From Podarcis filfolensis (lineage: Eukaryota), in NCBI GenBank assembly GCA_964270895.1, contig OZ185439.1: 64,000 nucleotides of DNA; one strand, given 5' to 3'. Below the pieces are notes generated by a model that saw only the letters and a program-made list of their open reading frames with translations, searched no databases and was not told the DNA's origin. The translations under genes were made by a program, and so were the position numbers. Positions 60,137 to 64,000 of this stretch are shown piece by piece. Each line of letters starts with the position of its first letter. The stretch's first letter is position 1.

Positions 60137-61972
60137 TTCTAGACTATAGTTGTGTCACAATTAAATGGCAAGAAATAATCTACATAAAAAGCAGATAGTT
60201 CACTGGTTTGGGTCAGGTCACACACATGCGTGACACAGTCAAGAAATTTAGTATAAAGGAAAAATTCTTGAAAACAATATATTTCACGCATAGGACTAGT
60301 CTGAAGGACAATCAGTGATTCCATGGTAAAACACTCAAAACACACACAAAAAATATAACTCAAGAGTTTGAGCAAAGCCACAATTTAGATGTAAATTCAC
60401 ACATATTCAGTAATACATACAGGCGCCCTGTCCTGAAATAATTATATATTAGAGCACACAGAAAAAGCCCATGGTCATAATGAGAGTTGAAGATGCTAAT
60501 AAGAGACAGCATTATTTTATCCCCATATCGTATATATGCATACCTGACTACAAAATATATGTATTCTCTATAAAGTGTGAAGGATGTGCAGATGTTGAGA
60601 TATGCACACACCACTCGGAACCAGATTTTTGCTGTGACTTTGATGTATTTTTTGTGTATTCAGTGCAGAACATATTTAAATTAAAACAAAACCCTCTATA
60701 GAGAAGAATGCCAATGAATCTAAAACTAGTAAGCTTGTCAAAACCCTCATCGTTTTATTTAACTTTGACTGGATTCTAAGCAGACTCCAGAGATTTTTGA
60801 AATCCTGGCTGTTTATTGATCATGGATAGTGACCAAGAAGACAGTATCTTTTGTTTTCTTTCAACCATGCCTCTGAGTGGCCTAACATTTGAATTTTATA
60901 TGTTGGCTGTCCTCAGGAGAGTTTAAAGATATTTCAGGAGAAAAGTCCTGTGCCAAATATGTTCACAGTATGGTGAGGTTTTAGGTCAATGCAAACAATG
61001 GAAGAAAATACAATTTGCAAAAGCTTTGGTCTAACAGGATTTGAACTTCCAATCTTAAGAATAACTATAAAAACTGAACACATACAGCTATGCCATAGTC
61101 ATAAAGTAGTGTGTGTGTGCGTGCGTAAGAGAGAGAAGCAAATGGAAATACTTTTTGTTAATGGCTACTTCTGGGACCCTTAAAAGATTTTATTTTCCCA
61201 GTCACTGTAGCTTGCTTTACAGTAGATGGTTTGTGAAATTTTCACAATGTGACTTTTGGGTTGGTCACATTACCTTTTTTCTAGTGGAATAATATTGGTT
61301 ATGCAATTAAATTTTCAAGCTCAGATACTTACATAGGATAGCTTTTACAACTTGAATCATAAAGATGAGTTCAGTAAGATGATCACTGGCTCTGACTTGA
61401 AGTTGCAAACAGGGTGGGCCCATCAATCAAATGTAAACATTAAACAATGAGGACATTTTCTTGCAATGATGGTCACCATGGTTTACAGTTACATTAAGTC
61501 AACAACTTACTTAGTGATTCAGTTGTTGCTTCCAGATAGCTCTCAGCTGTCATTTCTGGTGTAAAGTCATTTATGGATTATATGTCTTCCTCTGTATGAA
61601 ATAAATACAAAGACATAAGAGAAATGCATGACTCTCTCATATTAATCAAAATAAATATGTGATCTTGATGGAAATTTCCTGGAGTCCATAGAAGTCATTG
61701 TAACAGCTCTGACTTTAAGAGACCAGAGGTCTAAAGTAATGCGTTCAATAAAAATAGAGTCTAGGGTATGCCATTTGCTCATTTAAACAAGTTACATTGA
61801 GCAAGGTGTAGAAGGTATCAAAACAGAACCTGAAAGGGCTTTTCACACAAGCATGTTTTATGACCACAAAATGATTCCTCGCATGTGTGAATATACCATC
61901 ACAGACACACTACAACATAAAAGGCATCAGACTCAACCATCCTGAGGACCAGCTGCAACCCATACCTGTGTG

Positions 61973-62156
61973 GAAGAAGAAGAAGAGTTTGGATCTGATA
62001 TCCCACTTTATCACTACCCGAAGGAGTCTCAAAGCGGCTAACATTCTCCTTTCCCTTCCTCCCCCACAACAAACACTCTGTGAGGTGAGCGGGGCTGAGA
62101 GACTTCAAAAAAGTGTGACTAGCCCAAGGTCACCCAGCAGCTGCATGTGGAGGAGC
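61973..62156 (-). mobile_element. Squam3 SINE, 5'-truncated, young
   Basis: (GAA)n tail, gatatcccactttatcactacccgaaggagtctcaaagcggctaacattctcc (L2-derived 3' part), core gactagcccaaggtcacccagcagctgcatgtggaggagc. Confidence 0.85.
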
Positions 62157-63561
62157 TTTCCACTGAGTATCCTTAGATGAATTGGGATGGGGGTGAAATG
62201 CCTGATACAAACAGGTGTGCAGGTGTGGTTCCTCCGAATAATTGAATAGCCAAGGTAACAGGGATGCATAACTTTTTTAAAAACTGAAATTCCACCACTC
62301 TTCTTTTTAAGAAAAAAGGAGGGGAGTGGTGACTATATTCAGTGCCCTGCACAACACCCACTTCATCCTTTCCAAACAGCTGATCAGAGTACTGTTTAAA
62401 AAGTCAAAAGGACCGTGTTCAGACAGCCAATACACCTTCTCTTGGACTGAACTCAGCGTCTTTCCATGATGTCAGTTCACACATTCAGTGACTGATTGTA
62501 TTGCAACCAAGTTGTAATAAGAAACATCAAGTGGTACGTTTGTATGTGTAAACCAGACCCCAGTGTAAACAAAGGGAAGGCAGGAAGAATGAGAAGGAAA
62601 CCCGGTAAATCAGTACAAAAGGATTGGCTACTTTCAGATCAAATGGAAATATTACTTTGGAGAACAGAATACAACCATTTTTTGATACAGAGACGCTAGA
62701 CACAACTTGAGCCCATTGAAATCAGTCAGGCTTAAATACTCCTGATTACCTTGTTGCATTGATTTCAGTAGGACTAAGCTATCTCTAGCTTCTCTTCCTC
62801 CAACCTAAAGTTCCTTCACAATATAGATGGATAAATGGATAAGCATAGAAAGTAAGACTATTGGCCTCTCTATCTCTGTACTGTCTACTCAGACTGGAAA
62901 CAGCCAGAGTCTCAGGCAGATATTCTTTCCCACCCTTGTTACTTGGAAACTGAACCTGGGAAGTTCTGCATGCAAGTCATGAGCTATGCCCGCTCCCTTT
63001 TGCTGCTATGCTACAGCAAATAGACAAGGTGTCCACAAGAATGCAAGACACTCTTTATACACATGCAAATGAAGCCTCCTCAGTAAGTTTAGAGATCCAG
63101 TAATTCTGGCTTTAGCTACAAGGACTGGAAGTGGAATGTATTAGCTTGCTGCCAGCCAATTTAAGAGGGCTAATACAATTTGTTAGAGAGACACCTCTTC
63201 CGTTTAGACATGATTTCAATCAATTGCACAAAAATGCACTCTCAAATTTCCACGCTAATTAAATGACGTATATTATAAGATGCTGTCTTGTTTGCGCCAT
63301 CTCAGAGCCATATATATTGACTAACCCACCCAGCTATATCTATAGATCTACGTATTTTAGAATAAATCATCATTAGGTGGTTTAAGATACTGCTTTGTAA
63401 CTTCAAACTGGACTTTAACTTTATTTGAGTAATTGGAAGCGGTGGTCCTCCTTGCTTAATGAAGTGATAAATAGGGCCAAGAAACCAGGTTCTTGATTCT
63501 TTTTGTGATACCAACTTTTGTCTGTATTGATGTCTGCAGAACTACATGTAGAGATTCAAAG

Positions 63562-63563
<2 letters not shown>

Positions 63564-63604
<41 letters not shown>
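63564..63604. repeat. (AT)n microsatellite
   Basis: Direct observation. Confidence 0.95.
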
Positions 63605-63607
<3 letters not shown>

Positions 63608-63867
63608 TGAAATCAGTACTTAGATTTGACTCTGCAATAAGGATCATAGACATCTGCTTTGTGAATAGGAGAGTAGGGCATATGTGGGAAACAATATATG
63701 AGTTTTATGGGGAGAAACAAAGAACATAGTTTTAGGGGTGTTCAGTTTCTGGGGGTGTTCGATTTTCACCACTAAACCATCAGTGTTGTTTATTCTGAAA
63801 ATCAGTATGATTTTTTTATATCTTGTATGCCACTGTATTATATTAAAGTGGTTTACAATCATATATA

Positions 63868-64000
63868 CAGTGGTACCTCTGGATACGCATACCTCTGGTT
63901 GCGTATCCTTTGGGTTACGCCCGCGGCAAAGCAGAAGTACGGTATTTTTCTGGGTTTCGCTGTGTGCGCATGCATGGAAGTGCTCTACACACCACGCACA
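63868..64000. mobile_element. Tigger/pogo-type MITE, family C (cut by window end)
   Basis: TA|cagtggtacctctggatacg; interior differs from families A and B. Confidence 0.75.

Noticed and set aside
1-64000. CRISPR array, operon or other prokaryotic system
   Set aside because: The DNA is vertebrate; there are no regularly spaced direct repeats with spacers and no dense coding. The recurring 350-bp sequence is a dispersed SINE.

Overview
Eukaryotic (squamate reptile, most likely a lacertid lizard) non-coding DNA: a large intron or intergenic region. The taxon call rests on seven Sauria SINE (Squam1/POM-type) copies plus BovB, Squam3 and Penelope sequences. I cannot recognise any host protein-coding gene. 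The only ORFs with real homology belong to transposons: a 5'-truncated but uninterrupted BovB RTE C-terminus (57.2-58.0 kb), a decayed DD34E Tc1 transposase with a SINE nested in it (7.6-8.6 kb), and two fragments of a second RTE lineage. The rest is a dense mix of CR1/L2 3' ends, several hAT and Tigger-type MITE families, a DIRS/Ngaro-like remnant, a 5S-derived SINE, microsatellites and a 136-nt N gap. Between the repeats are unique stretches that look regulatory and a few well-formed splice-site pairs. The most interesting observations are: a Penelope pseudo-LTR carrying a (mutated) minimal hammerhead ribozyme whose inverted copy ends at the predicted cleavage site; a young 90-bp hAT MITE present twice with perfect 8-bp TSDs; and an unexplained CpG-richer segment at 27.7-28.4 kb with a small hydrophobic ORF, splice signals on both strands and a CACCC/TATA pair. 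All family names were recognised by eye, not by database search. I did not find a convincingly novel multi-gene system.
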